From the NCBI GenBank assembly GCA_964527395.1, contig CAZGQD010000001.1:3000-66999 (forward strand): 64,000 nt of DNA, read 5' to 3'. Below the pieces are notes generated by a model. That model was not told the origin of the DNA and made no database searches. It was given only the letters and a program-made list of their open reading frames with translations. Below, one piece after another: positions 17,042 to 25,317 of the stretch. The stretch comes from an uncultured Methanosarcinales archaeon (GTDB taxonomy: Archaea > Nanobdellota > Nanobdellia > Woesearchaeales > GW2011-AR9). How positions within the stretch are numbered: position 1 is the stretch's first letter; each line of letters begins with the position of its first letter. Both the position numbers and the translations under genes were made by a program.

Positions 17042-18238
17042 ATGATGAGTTTTAGAAGATTCTTTTTGGTTTTTTTTGTAGTAAGTATTATTTTTTCAAG
17101 TTCTTGTTTTGCAATTGGGATAATTACTCAACATCCAAGTTATGAGGGAGTTTATGATGATGAGCCAATAGTGATAGAATATTATTATAAAGGGTCAATA
17201 ACAAAGAAAACCGAAGCTACTGTAGAAGGAAATATAGCGCCTTATGTGACTTTGTCTCAAGAAGAGTTTAGTAGTAGTGAAGGAGATTTCACGGGAACAA
17301 TAGAGTTTGATGATGAAGCAGAATCAACGAAATATTCAGGTTCAGTTTGTATTGGGGAAGTGTCTGATGAGAAGGTAGGTGGTATTTCCTCTTTGACAAG
17401 GTCTTGTGGAAGGTTGTCCGTTCTTTTAATGACTGATGAAGCAGACCTATATGGGATATTGCAGACTCAAAGAACTGATGATAGGGAAATAATAACGTAT
17501 ACAGTGATTAATTATGGAAGAGAAAGTGTAAATTATGTTGATGCAAATATTGTTGTTAGAAATGCAGAGGGAGAAGAAGTTTTTTCTTTGAGTGATAGGA
17601 GTAGTGAAGTTCTTGCTTCTCAAGAACAAGTAATTTTTTATTTTGTAATGGAAGAGGTCGGAGATTATAAACCAGGGTATTATTATATGACTGCTGAAGC
17701 TTCATCTAGTGGAATTGAAACTGAAGTTACTGAAGGAGAGTTTAGATTGGGGGAAGAGTTTGTGGGGATATCAGATTATCAAAAAGAATTATTTATAAAT
17801 AGTGGAATTCAGGCTTATAATATAAATTTAGAAAATTTTTGGTCAGAAGAATTGAATGCTTATGCAGAGATTAATATTGGTGGACAGATAATTAAATCAG
17901 CAACAAGTGATTTTGACGCTTGGGAACAAAAAGGAGTTACACTTTATGTAAATACAGATACATTAGAACTGAAAACTTATGATGTTGAAGCGACAATTTA
18001 TTTTGGTGAAGAACAATCAACTAGTCAGATACTTTCAATTGGCGTGGTTGAAAAAGAAGTTGAGGAAGTAAGTGAGAGGGCAGATTTGAGTGAAAATAAT
18101 GATAGTAATGTAATGTTGTTTGTTGTAGGTTCAGCTTTAGTGTTTATTTTGGTGATAGTAAGTATATTTGTTTTTAGAAAATGGGATCAGGATAAGGGTT
18201 CTAAAAAAGAAGAATATATTGAGGGAGAGGAATTTTAA
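17042..18238 (+). CDS. Type I membrane surface protein (signal peptide plus C-terminal TM anchor)
   Basis: MMSFRRFFLVFFVVSIIFSSSCFA signal and a C-terminal VMLFVVGSALVFILVIVSIFVF anchor followed by RKW. Confidence 0.55.
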   Translation: MMSFRRFFLVFFVVSIIFSSSCFAIGIITQHPSYEGVYDDEPIVIEYYYKGSITKKTEATVEGNIAPYVTLSQEEFSSSEGDFTGTIEFDDEAESTKYSGSVCIGEVSDEKVGGISSLTRSCGRLSVLLMTDEADLYGILQTQRTDDREIITYTVINYGRESVNYVDANIVVRNAEGEEVFSLSDRSSEVLASQEQVIFYFVMEEVGDYKPGYYYMTAEASSSGIETEVTEGEFRLGEEFVGISDYQKELFINSGIQAYNINLENFWSEELNAYAEINIGGQIIKSATSDFDAWEQKGVTLYVNTDTLELKTYDVEATIYFGEEQSTSQILSIGVVEKEVEEVSERADLSENNDSNVMLFVVGSALVFILVIVSIFVFRKWDQDKGSKKEEYIEGEEF

Positions 18239-18240
18239 AA

Positions 18241-18672
18241 ATGAAGTTAAGTAAAGTACAAGTTTTATTAGTGTTATGTATTGTGGCAGTTTTTTCTGTT
18301 TTTTTGACAAATTTAGTTTATAATAATTATAATGTTCTTTATGTTGAGAGTTTTGAGATGCATATTGAAGTTGGAGACGGGGTAGGTATGAATGCTGATA
18401 CAGATAAATTGTGGTTTGGTGAGATTCCAGCTAGAAGTGATTCTTTAGCACGAAAAAATATTGTTCTTGAAAATACTTTTGATGTTCCAGTTAAAGTTGT
18501 TGGGAAAGTACAAGGAGATATGGCAAAATGGGTTACTCTTGTTGATCAAGGGATAGAAATTCAACCAGGAGAAGGTGCAAGTTTTACTGTTGTAGTGTCT
18601 CCTACAAAAGAAGAGACATTTTTTGAGGCAAATTATACTGGAGAACTAATAATTTATATGAAAAGGGTTTGA
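18241..18672 (+). CDS. N-terminally anchored small beta-sandwich-like protein
   Basis: Starts 2 nt after the preceding stop. Has an N-terminal TM helix. No family recognised. Confidence 0.5.
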   Translation: MKLSKVQVLLVLCIVAVFSVFLTNLVYNNYNVLYVESFEMHIEVGDGVGMNADTDKLWFGEIPARSDSLARKNIVLENTFDVPVKVVGKVQGDMAKWVTLVDQGIEIQPGEGASFTVVVSPTKEETFFEANYTGELIIYMKRV

Positions 18673-18713
18673 TGATAGTTAGTTATTTATAGGGATAAGT
18701 TATTTTATTTGGT

Positions 18714-20237
18714 GTGATGGGAGGAAAAAGAAAGAATTTTGGTTTTTTAGGTTCTTTAAATAAAGATACCGTTCTTTTTTCTTTAGTTGTATTTCTTTTG
18801 CTTTGGAATTTTGCTATAGTGGGAATAAATTTAGGTTTGACTGGTGCAGCTTCAGGAGGAGGTACTGCAAGTCTTTGTGCACAAGTTTTTGTGAATTTAG
18901 AAGCTATTTCTGATCAAGAGATAGTTCATACGTCTGGGTATATCTATAGAGTAAATGCATCTCAACGATTGAGTGATTATAATTATAGTTTTGAGACAAA
19001 TATTAGTTTTATTGATGTAGTTAATATAACATCGAATAGTTCTTTGATTTATTTTACTCCGAATATTTCTATAGTAGGAGAATATCATGTAAATGTTTCT
19101 GCTTTTGATAAAGCAAGTGCATGTCCTTATTATGATGAAGAAACCTTTACTTTGATAATTAATAACTCTGTTCCAGTTTTTAGTGGTACTATTGGTACTG
19201 AAATATGGAATGAAGATACAAGTAATACAGATATTGATTTATCTGATTATTTTAGTGATGATGATGGAGATACAATTACTTATGGTATAGAAGGAGCTGT
19301 AAACATTAGTGCTAGTTTTGTTTCTGGAGCTATGACACTAACGCCTGATACAAATTGGTATGGTAGTGAGACAGTGAATTTTACTGCTAATGATACTATT
19401 AATTTGACTCGTTCTAATGAGGTTTTGCTTGTTGTTGTTGAAACTGCTGCTTTTTGTGGTGATTTAGTTTGTGATTCAGGTGAGACTTGTAGTAGCTGTT
19501 CAGGAGATTGTGGAGCTTGCGCAGCTTCAGGAGGATCTTCTGGTGGTGGAGGAGGAGGAGGATCTTCTTCAAGTGGATCTACTAGTAGTAGTGAAACTTC
19601 AGACTCTGAAAGTGAATCTAGTGAGAGCGAATCTGATTCAAGTACTGAAGAAACTGGAGAAGAAGAATCTACAGAAGAAGCAAGTGATGAAGCTTCTGAT
19701 GAATGTGAATCATCATGGGAATGTACAAATTGGGAACCAACTGATTGTGATGAATCAGGAGTTCAAACACGTTATTGTGTTGATTTGAATAATTGTGGTG
19801 AAGAAAATTTACAAACAGAAGAAAGAGAGTGTGAGACGGGTGAAGAGTCTTTTTATTCAAACGTAGGGGATTGGTTAGATGAACTTTTTGGAGAAAGTGG
19901 TGCTACTGGACTTGCATTGTCTTTTGGAGGAGAAGAAATTAAGGCTGGACCTTTGATTTTAATGATTTTATTTGTGATCGGTCTTTTGGGCTCTTTAGCT
20001 GTTCTTAAGTTTAGAGGTGGAAGGAGAAAAAAGAGGAGTTTTGTTCTATCTCGTGAAAAATTACTTTTTATTCCAGTTGAAGGGAAGGATTATAGTATTG
20101 TGAATGTGATGACTGTAAGTTTAGGTTCTAAAGGGGAGCTAGCTATGAAGTCTGATTTTGTTAGGCATGAGGAGAATGAGGGTCATCCGCCTTGTTTAGA
20201 GCATGAACATGAGAATTCTGAAAAGATTAAGGGATGA
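18714..20237 (+). CDS. Large surface protein: Ig/cadherin-like repeat, Cys-rich modules, Ser/Glu-rich linker, C-terminal TM anchor
   Basis: Contains DIDLSDYFSDDDGDTITY...LTPDTNWYGSETVNFTANDT (adhesin-type domain), CGDLVCDSGETCSSCSGDCGAC, and CESSWECTNWEPTDCDESGVQTRYCVDLNNCG. TM helix LILMILFVIGLLGSLAVL is followed by RGGRRKKR. Confidence 0.6.
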   Translation: MMGGKRKNFGFLGSLNKDTVLFSLVVFLLLWNFAIVGINLGLTGAASGGGTASLCAQVFVNLEAISDQEIVHTSGYIYRVNASQRLSDYNYSFETNISFIDVVNITSNSSLIYFTPNISIVGEYHVNVSAFDKASACPYYDEETFTLIINNSVPVFSGTIGTEIWNEDTSNTDIDLSDYFSDDDGDTITYGIEGAVNISASFVSGAMTLTPDTNWYGSETVNFTANDTINLTRSNEVLLVVVETAAFCGDLVCDSGETCSSCSGDCGACAASGGSSGGGGGGGSSSSGSTSSSETSDSESESSESESDSSTEETGEEESTEEASDEASDECESSWECTNWEPTDCDESGVQTRYCVDLNNCGEENLQTEERECETGEESFYSNVGDWLDELFGESGATGLALSFGGEEIKAGPLILMILFVIGLLGSLAVLKFRGGRRKKRSFVLSREKLLFIPVEGKDYSIVNVMTVSLGSKGELAMKSDFVRHEENEGHPPCLEHEHENSEKIKG

Positions 20238-20269
20238 ATACTTTTTTCTTGATTTTTCTTTGTATTTGA

Positions 20270-20458
20270 GTACGTATTAAGTTACATTTTATATCTGAAG
20301 ACAGTACCGTCAGGCTTACTGCAGGCGTGACTACTTCGCTTTGAATTTTCCAAATCGCTACTTGGAAAAATGCTCGTTGTTTAGGTCTTGTGTTGAATGA
20401 GAGTGCCAGCAAGAGGACGGTGCTGTCTTCATAATAATTAACGTAACTTAATACGTAC
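20270..20458 (+). mobile_element. Family A repeat copy A2 carried on long hairpin arms: perfect 16-bp terminal inverted repeats flanked by an 8-bp direct repeat (MITE-like)
   Basis: gtacgtattaagttac (20270-20285) is the reverse complement of gtaacttaatacgtac (20443-20458). gtatttga occurs immediately outside both ends (20262-20269 and 20459-20466). The core gcaggcgtgactacttcgct...tgccagcaagagg lies between ~41-nt imperfect arms. Confidence 0.7.
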
Positions 20459-20643
20459 GTATTTGAGTTAGTTTTATAAATAAACAGTGTTATGGATAGT
20501 TTTATAGCCGAACTGAACATAAATTGTTTGTTCAGATTGCTGCATGAGGCCAAAAATATTGCAGAAGAGTTTAGATTCGTATTTGTTTCTTGATTCTTTT
20601 GTTTTTTGTGTTTGTAATGTAGCTTTTAGGTTGAATGGAGTGA

Positions 20644-21258
20644 ATGAATATGACAGAAGAAAATGCTGAGAATTTGTTAATTGATTCCAATGAATACTTG
20701 AAAACAGGAGTACATATTGGAACTAAATTTAAAACAAAATATATGAAGAACTTTATCTATAAGACAAGACCTGATGGACTTAGTGTTCTTAATTTGCAGA
20801 AAATTGATGAAAGATTGCGTATTGCAATTAACTTTTTATCACAGTATGATGCAAAAGATATTTTGTTTGTTTGTAGACGAGAAAATGGGTGGAGAGCTCT
20901 TCGTAAATTAAAGAAATTCACAGGTATTAATGTGATTAATGGACGTTATCCACCAGGAATACTTACAAATACAAATTTAGAGACTTTTATTGAACCAAAA
21001 GTAATGTTTGTATGTGACCCTTGGCCAGACAAAAACGCTGTTGTAGATGCAGGAAAAGCAGGAATTCCAGTTGTGGCACTTTGTGATACTAACAATGAGT
21101 CAAACAATGTAGATTTAGTTATTCCAGCTAACAACAAAGGTAAAAAATCAGTTGGATTATTGCTATATTTGATTGCACGTGAATATTTACGAGCAAAAGG
21201 AGTTTTGAAGGCAGAAGATGAGCCTGAATTTAAACCTGAAGACTTTATGGAAGAGTAG
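20644..21258 (+). CDS. rps2: 30S ribosomal protein uS2
   Basis: YLKTGVHIGTKFKTKYMKNFIYKTRPDGLSVLNLQKIDERLR and VCDPWPDKNAVVDAGKAGIPVVALCDTN are typical of archaeal S2. Confidence 0.9.
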   Translation: MNMTEENAENLLIDSNEYLKTGVHIGTKFKTKYMKNFIYKTRPDGLSVLNLQKIDERLRIAINFLSQYDAKDILFVCRRENGWRALRKLKKFTGINVINGRYPPGILTNTNLETFIEPKVMFVCDPWPDKNAVVDAGKAGIPVVALCDTNNESNNVDLVIPANNKGKKSVGLLLYLIAREYLRAKGVLKAEDEPEFKPEDFMEE

Positions 21259-21348
21259 ATTTGCTTGAAATATAGTGATTTATTGATTATTTTTTCTTGT
21301 TTTTTTGATATTCTTAATGACTTTTAGATGATTTTTCATTCTGTTGTA

Positions 21349-21524
21349 GAGAATTGTGGGTATCAGACTTAACTTCAAGCAAGCTTTCGGAACTTAGTTC
21401 ACATGTTCACTAAGTATCGCAGGCGTGACCACTTCGCTGTGATTTTTCCACTTTGTGAAAAAATGCTCGTTGTTTAGGTCTTTTGTTGGAGGGGAGTGCC
21501 AGTGAGGAGATACCCACAATTCTC
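21349..21524 (+). repeat. Family A structured repeat, copy A3, closed by a perfect 16-bp copy-specific helix
   Basis: gagaattgtgggtatc (21349-21364) pairs with gatacccacaattctc (21509-21524). Core atcgcaggcgtgaccacttcgctgtgatttttcc...gaaaaaatgctcgtt...gtgccagtgagga. Confidence 0.8.
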
Positions 21525-21740
21525 TTGGTGGATGAGGTTTTTTAAAGGTATTTTGAGGCTTTTGATCTTTTTTGGTTTAATTTGGGCTTTTGTTGCTTTT
21601 GGGTTAGGGTCTTTGTCCTTTGTGAGGGCTAGTGTGGGTTTTTAGCTTAAATCAGGCGAAATCTTTATAAAGCAAGTGGGCTCGAATGGCCTATACAGCA
21701 AATTCGCTCTAAATGTGGGTTTTGGCTGGAAAATTAGAAA

Positions 21741-21750
21741 CTTTATACTA
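21741..21750 (+). promoter_or_regulatory. TATA box for tuf
   Basis: ctttatacta about 30 nt upstream of ATG 21779. Confidence 0.5.
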
Positions 21751-21778
21751 TAGAGGTATACGGAGAATAAGTAAGAAA

Positions 21779-23071
21779 ATGGCAAAAGAAAAAGAACATA
21801 TTAACTTAGTTTTCATTGGTCACGTAGACCATGGAAAGTCCACATCAGTTGGAAGATTACTGTTTGATACAGGAAATGTAGATGAACAAGCTATGCGTAA
21901 ATTAAAAGAAAAGGCACAAATGCTTGGAAAAAGCGGATTCGAATTTGCTTTTGTAATGGATAACTTAAAGGAAGAACAAGAAAGAGGAGTTACAATTGAT
22001 TTGGCTCACAAGAAGTTCTTTACAGATAAGTACTACTTTACCATCATTGACGCACCTGGTCACAAGGATTTCATTAAGAACATGATTACAGGAGCTTCAC
22101 AGGCAGATTGCGCAGTTTTAGTTGTAGCAGCTAACGATGGAGTTAACTCACAAACAAAAGAACATTTGAAATTATCAAGAATTTTTGGAGTAGGACAATT
22201 AATTGTTGCTGTTAACAAAATGGATATTTCAGGAGTTAGTTGGAGTGAAGATAGATACAACAAAGTTGTTGAAGAAGTTAAGGCAGAAGCTAAAGTTGCA
22301 GGATGGCCTGTTGATAAAATTAGATTCGTTCCTATTGCATCACTTCCAGGAGCTAACATTACTAAGCCAGCAGAAGAAATGGCATGGTGGAAAGGAGATA
22401 CATTACTTGCAGCTATTGACAAGTTTGAATTACCTCAAAAACCAACATCATTACCACTAAGGTTACCTATTCAGGATGTGTATAACATTACAGGTATTGG
22501 AGTAGTTCCAGTTGGACGTATTGAAACTGGAGTTATGAAAGTAGGTGACAAAGTTATTGTTGTACCTGGACGTGAAGGTAAAGGAGTTCCTGCTGAAGTT
22601 AAAACAATTGAAATGCATCACGAAATGGTTCAAATGGCTGAACCTGGAGATAATGTAGGTTTTAACGCACGTGGTATTGGTAAAAAAGATATTGCTCGAG
22701 GAGATGTACTAGGTCACGCAGATAATGTGCCTTCAATTGCTAACGAATTTACAGCACAAATTGTAATTATGAACCACCCTACTGTTGTAACTGTAGGATA
22801 TACACCGGTTTTTCACATCCACACTGCACAAGTTGCTTGTCAGTTTATTGAGATTGTGAAAAAGCTAAACCCTGCTACAGGTCAAGAAGTTACAGAAAAC
22901 AAAGACATCTTAAGAAATGGAGATGCAGCTATTGTTAAACTAAGACCATTGCAGCCACTTGTGATTGAAAAGCAATCAGAGATCCCACAGATGTCAAGAT
23001 TCGCTATTCGTGATTCAGGTGTAACTGTTGCAGCTGGTATGTGTATTGAAATGACTAAAAAGGAATTATAA
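21779..23071 (+). CDS. tuf: Translation elongation factor EF-1alpha
   Basis: [38 protein letters not shown] ctttatacta at 21741-21750. The track ORF is extended upstream spuriously. Confidence 0.95.
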   Translation: MAKEKEHINLVFIGHVDHGKSTSVGRLLFDTGNVDEQAMRKLKEKAQMLGKSGFEFAFVMDNLKEEQERGVTIDLAHKKFFTDKYYFTIIDAPGHKDFIKNMITGASQADCAVLVVAANDGVNSQTKEHLKLSRIFGVGQLIVAVNKMDISGVSWSEDRYNKVVEEVKAEAKVAGWPVDKIRFVPIASLPGANITKPAEEMAWWKGDTLLAAIDKFELPQKPTSLPLRLPIQDVYNITGIGVVPVGRIETGVMKVGDKVIVVPGREGKGVPAEVKTIEMHHEMVQMAEPGDNVGFNARGIGKKDIARGDVLGHADNVPSIANEFTAQIVIMNHPTVVTVGYTPVFHIHTAQVACQFIEIVKKLNPATGQEVTENKDILRNGDAAIVKLRPLQPLVIEKQSEIPQMSRFAIRDSGVTVAAGMCIEMTKKEL

Positions 23072-23201
23072 TTGAGTAATCAATTGTAATATTTTTTATT
23101 TTTTATTTTTTAACAAATCAAATGCTTGAAGCTCACGTATCTAAAACAAAAAGATTTATATACGGACTGGTTTGCAAGCGATCATAGGGAATTTATATAA
23201 A

Positions 23202-23516
23202 ATGGTACAGAGAGCAAGAATCAAATTAGCATCAACAGAAATTAGCAAAATTAATCAAGTTTCTACTAGTATTACTGAGATTGTGGATAAGACAGGCGTA
23301 GATATGAGAGGTCCAATTCCACTTCCTACAAAAAAATTGAAAGTTACAACTCGTAAGTCTCCTGATGGAGAAGGTAAAGCTTCTTGGGAGAGATATCAGA
23401 TGAATATCCATAAGAGATTGATCGATGTCCAAGCTGATGAGAGAACGCTTCGTCTTATTATGAGAATTTTGATTCCAGAAGGTCTTAATATTGAGATCGA
23501 AATGGTTAATAATTAA
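23202..23516 (+). CDS. rps10: 30S ribosomal protein uS10
   Basis: ARIKLASTE...GPIPLPTKKLKVTTRKSPDGEG...WERYQMNIHKRLIDV. Lies downstream of tuf as in the conserved archaeal arrangement. Confidence 0.9.
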   Translation: MVQRARIKLASTEISKINQVSTSITEIVDKTGVDMRGPIPLPTKKLKVTTRKSPDGEGKASWERYQMNIHKRLIDVQADERTLRLIMRILIPEGLNIEIEMVNN

Positions 23517-23589
23517 TTGTTTATTATTATTTTAGTTTATTTTCTTTAGTTTTGTTTATTGTGTCAGTTTTAGGTTCTTAGTTTCTTTT

Positions 23590-23790
23590 GAATCGGGAGA
23601 AATGAAGGTGCTTTTTGGCTAAATCGATAATATTTGCTTTCTTTTGGTCTAAAACGGTAATTTTGAGCTTCTTTTTGGTTTTAATGGTAAAAATGAGCTC
23701 TATTTGGCAAAAGGAGGTCAAAATTGTCTGCTTTTGGTGTTTAGCGGTCAAAATTGCCTGCAAATTGAAAAAGAAGGGAAGTGTTTTAGA
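23590..23790. repeat. Degenerate repeat array related to 8745-9022 (GGTCAAAAT-type units), ending with the same gaaaaagaagggaagtg motif before a TATA box
   Basis: ggtctaaaacggtaattttgagc, ggtcaaaattgtctgc and ggtcaaaattgcctgcaaattgaaaaagaagggaagtg resemble units of the 8.8-kb array. Confidence 0.65.
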
Positions 23791-23797
23791 ACAATAA

Positions 23798-23809
23798 TCT
23801 TTATAATAA
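23798..23809 (+). promoter_or_regulatory. TATA box following the repeat array, for 23831..24172
   Basis: tctttataataa about 25 nt upstream of ATG 23831. Confidence 0.5.
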
Positions 23810-23830
23810 GAAATTGGGTGAGGTAGTTTA

Positions 23831-24172
23831 ATGGGACTTATTCAACATTTAAGAGATGCTGTTAAGGCTAAAAGACAAGGAAAGCCAGTGATTCGAGATC
23901 CTTTATTGACTCTTGATTTAGGTCAAGTTTCGCTTTCTGCGGCAGCAAGGCAGATTTCAAGTCAAATTGGTGGAGCAGAAAGAGTCTTTTTTCAGGGTAC
24001 AAAAAATCATGGATATTTTCCGTGGGACCCAGATCTTAGAGGAGAAGCTTTAGGTGTAGATGAAGTAATAAGCTATGCGGTGAGAGCAGCAGAAGATTTA
24101 GCTGTACCTCTTGTAAGTGCACGTTTTTCTGAGGTTGTACATCCAGGTGGAAGGAGAGGTTATGTTTTATAA
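23831..24172 (+). CDS. Hypothetical protein, paralog of the next gene
   Basis: KPVIRDPLLTLDLGQVSLSAAARQISSQIGGAERV aligns with QPIIHKPDLSFDLSEVYIDDAAAQIADYLGADQVRV in 24218..24640. TATA at 23798-23809. Confidence 0.5.
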   Translation: MGLIQHLRDAVKAKRQGKPVIRDPLLTLDLGQVSLSAAARQISSQIGGAERVFFQGTKNHGYFPWDPDLRGEALGVDEVISYAVRAAEDLAVPLVSARFSEVVHPGGRRGYVL

Positions 24173-24217
24173 GGAGATAGTTATATTGAAGGAGATGAAG
24201 GTCTTTGGCCAAATGTA

Positions 24218-24640
24218 GTGCAAGTGTTTTTTGGTCATTCTAAAAGAATATTGGGCCCTTCTATACCTAAAAGTCAGCCAATTATTCATAAACCAGATTT
24301 GAGTTTTGATTTAAGTGAAGTTTATATTGATGATGCAGCAGCTCAAATAGCAGATTATTTAGGGGCTGATCAAGTTCGTGTATTGAGAAGTAATTCAGCA
24401 TCTGCTCCTTGGGACTTAGAAAGACCTGAAGGAAATGTATATACTGTAAGGGAGTCTTTAGATAGATTAACAGATGGTGCTTTTAATGAAGATGCACCGC
24501 TCAGAAGGGTTCATGTAGGTAATGTTACTTATACAAATGAAAAAGAAGGGAAAGTAATAGTTGGGGATTCTAGATATGTTTGGGGTCAAGTGATGCCAGA
24601 TAGATTTCGTTTGTATGTAGAACCAGTTCTTGATAATTGA
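24218..24640 (+). CDS. Hypothetical protein, paralog of 23831..24172
   Basis: Shares an N-terminal domain with the preceding gene. GTG start is assumed. Confidence 0.45.
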   Translation: MQVFFGHSKRILGPSIPKSQPIIHKPDLSFDLSEVYIDDAAAQIADYLGADQVRVLRSNSASAPWDLERPEGNVYTVRESLDRLTDGAFNEDAPLRRVHVGNVTYTNEKEGKVIVGDSRYVWGQVMPDRFRLYVEPVLDN

Positions 24641-24645
24641 TTTTC

Positions 24646-25290
24646 TTAACTAGCATCTACTATTGAATCTATCGTTGCATATGTAGTTGAGTAAGTAGGT
24701 TGAGGTATTGGCTGAGGAGCTAAGGAATCAACTTTTTCTTTGACCCGATTGTATGCTGTTTTCCAAGCAGAATCTTTTTGAAGGAGTTTTGGATCAGTTT
24801 CTTTGATATACATGGAAGAAGCTAATGCAATTAGGCCAAGACCATATTGAAGCTGATCATAGCTTTTTGGATCTATTGGTTCTCCATGTTTTAGTTTTTG
24901 GTATAAATCTACTAAGAATGTTCCTGTAAAACCTAAACCTGCTGTGAAAACTGGAAGCCTTGTAGAAGAATTGAGTTTTTTATAAATGAAAGTTTTAGGA
25001 TCAATTGAAAGTTGTGGATTTTGTGTTTCATTATCGATTTGATCAGTGGCTCCTTCAAAGTTATGACCAAAATCGAATATATTTATTCCAAGTCTTAAAG
25101 GGATTGTGGTCCCAAATAATTTATCTTCAGCTAAAGCGCATAATAAAAGTCCAGATAACCATACAGGACATGCAGCTAAATATCTTCTATTTCCTTTATC
25201 TAGTTTTAGTTTTTTAGCTACTTTAGTATATTGTCTAAGAACTTGTTCGTCTAACCATTTTGCTGGTTTTAGTAGTTTTTCTAAGGACAT
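24646..25290 (-). CDS. Hypothetical membrane protein
   Basis: Several hydrophobic segments. No family recognised. Confidence 0.5.
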   Translation of the reverse strand: MSLEKLLKPAKWLDEQVLRQYTKVAKKLKLDKGNRRYLAACPVWLSGLLLCALAEDKLFGTTIPLRLGINIFDFGHNFEGATDQIDNETQNPQLSIDPKTFIYKKLNSSTRLPVFTAGLGFTGTFLVDLYQKLKHGEPIDPKSYDQLQYGLGLIALASSMYIKETDPKLLQKDSAWKTAYNRVKEKVDSLAPQPIPQPTYSTTYATIDSIVDAS

Positions 25291-25317
25291 TTTGTTTATT
25301 TTTGTTTGATGGTTAGT

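Noticed and set aside
18671-18713. C/D-box sRNA candidate (tgatga at 18671)
   Set aside because: No matching D box (ctga) or C'/D' arrangement at appropriate spacing, and no terminal stem. The hit is probably a chance match next to a stop codon.
21713-21778. Upstream extension of the tuf ORF, and similar 5' extensions of rps10, rhuM, 16994 and 27579
   Set aside because: The conserved protein N-termini begin at internal ATGs that sit 25-30 nt downstream of TATA boxes. The extensions are non-homologous.
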